From Candidatus Thorarchaeota archaeon (GTDB taxonomy: Archaea; Asgardarchaeota; Thorarchaeia; Thorarchaeales; Thorarchaeaceae): a DNA stretch of 18,113 nt. The DNA lies in the NCBI GenBank assembly GCA_011364905.1, contig RDNZ01000051.1, positions 1-18,113 on the forward strand, read 5' to 3'. Positions 18,001-18,113 of the stretch are shown here, piece after piece. The notes beneath the pieces are model-generated. The model searched no databases. It saw only the letters and a program-made list of their open reading frames with translations, and was not told the origin of the DNA. The position numbers were made by a program, and so were the translations under genes. Position 1 is the stretch's first letter; every line of letters starts with the position of its first letter.

Positions 18001-18113
18001 ATCCACGAGGTCGTAGTCGAAGACGTGCCTCTGCAAGACATGGTTCAGTAAACTGGTCTGCAAGGTCTATCCAGACATAGTTTGTTTTGTTACGATTCTT
18101 CTTCATATCATAG
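15053..18113 (-). CDS. Very large hypothetical protein (>1017 aa), probably 5'-truncated by the window
   Basis: An uninterrupted 3-kb ORF whose frame stays open upstream of ATG 18106 to the window edge (TAT GAT ATG). No family recognised. Degenerate C-terminal repeats. Confidence 0.85.
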   Translation of the reverse strand, partial: YDMKKNRNKTNYVWIDLADQFTEPCLAEARLRLRPRGYSAKETAKVQPDHIRQFFERVKVKGYLNDILKYLYENGKLPSFDLRTRKNERKVIIITGADTIRDATPTSHQEKLTILIDRLLSSLPDREDTTIFWFDSPVPSVEKAIPYSSRALIPFHETSSLGEVVTEIVWNLPVGPRGVLQPEKWALPTIGDSPMHDDIRVIVRHRPDNLQVELTHVPFLRGWSKRFRNRGTGLVVGEQETDVMVPDKSLRHRMKLLSLTMIPWLVKLWPHEILVEGLEETLEEEFTQIKSDSRGLRKPLTITRTLLTDSPSRPPSILDLVIFRLPETVDAKSFQAMTAGKINSQRLYRSPRKLQTQPLSQVSTLDFTEELPTAEGEVEQEWLFGIKFESDDDSLLPWWIVVQEPDHPSRMLVGCFTNRPADKDGFLWAETSQEMMKQSSADDILGFTQTTIIGRKGEDRLEIWSSCDSSDAVHEGALELKSQGQSTTGHLRAMRQTSTEEPQVKPSPPNRPSEVIYKRIVNSLRMHLATVTSPNPVHLRLEMEEEVCKVTLLNEWDTIIEETDIEYTADLISFLRWPMIKGGPLFTDSGEYVTWSVFDDIDFGELDFIRPYVTFTAARKTPKELPKRVAQFFDDSEELSMSIAHDTSLCPIALGEGVDHEKCWMIILPSRCPTLVKKQLGGPFTGEEMNGLLSPRRIYAGKLYTFGITPPDLSERDESVVFHEERYIRMFLREIGIHLKPLDPGTFLKVADQKWMITIAWEGRYLRWQAQSNVTGLFLKGGNHGIKLVNGNSVREECSRLLNIVISDIPAGKIVDYGDLEKNVLSGLKRLGYSKTPPKCELRFIDQSENICRYGVFLVDGSATEPMEVYCIHAKEPMSEEVLLEEIEASLDTSAYNIVNTGVFMEKLAAWVSANVVSLDEEPEEATGWTVMLSEDVETGEIRWTAECGVLRRVGIMFTEPKGIRKLGEEMAYKDMRDIFESEVGKELRIINNLDDVLEQQIPEIIRNYQENADNPDES

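Noticed and set aside
1-18113. Sec/Pyl read-through at TGA/TAG stops, CRISPR arrays, transposases, rRNA
   Set aside because: The recognised proteins are complete at their stops, and the downstream frames I checked close quickly. No repeat-spacer array, transposase or rRNA-like sequence was seen.

Overview
This is an archaeal chromosomal window; an Asgard (Thorarchaeia-like) origin is my inference from gene content and protein style, not a search result. The left ~10.9 kb is a housekeeping block rich in RNA/translation genes. It holds a partial RdgB/ITPase, a TrmB regulator, a tandem Lrp/AsnC-like regulator with a possible N-terminal histone fold, RNase Z, a geranylgeranyl reductase and a type I L-asparaginase. 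These are followed by an intron-containing tRNA-Ser(GGA), two small hypothetical genes, rps13-rps4-rps11 (with no rpoD after it), tiaS, a 4-zinc double cross-brace protein and tsr3. From ~10.9 to 15.0 kb lies an AT-richer accessory block on the minus strand: a probable decayed PIN-like gene, a secreted/anchored S8 subtilase with a beta-rich C-terminal domain, a single-TM protein and a 4-TM protein. The window ends in the 3' part of a very large hypothetical protein (>1017 aa, open at the window edge) with degenerate C-terminal repeats.
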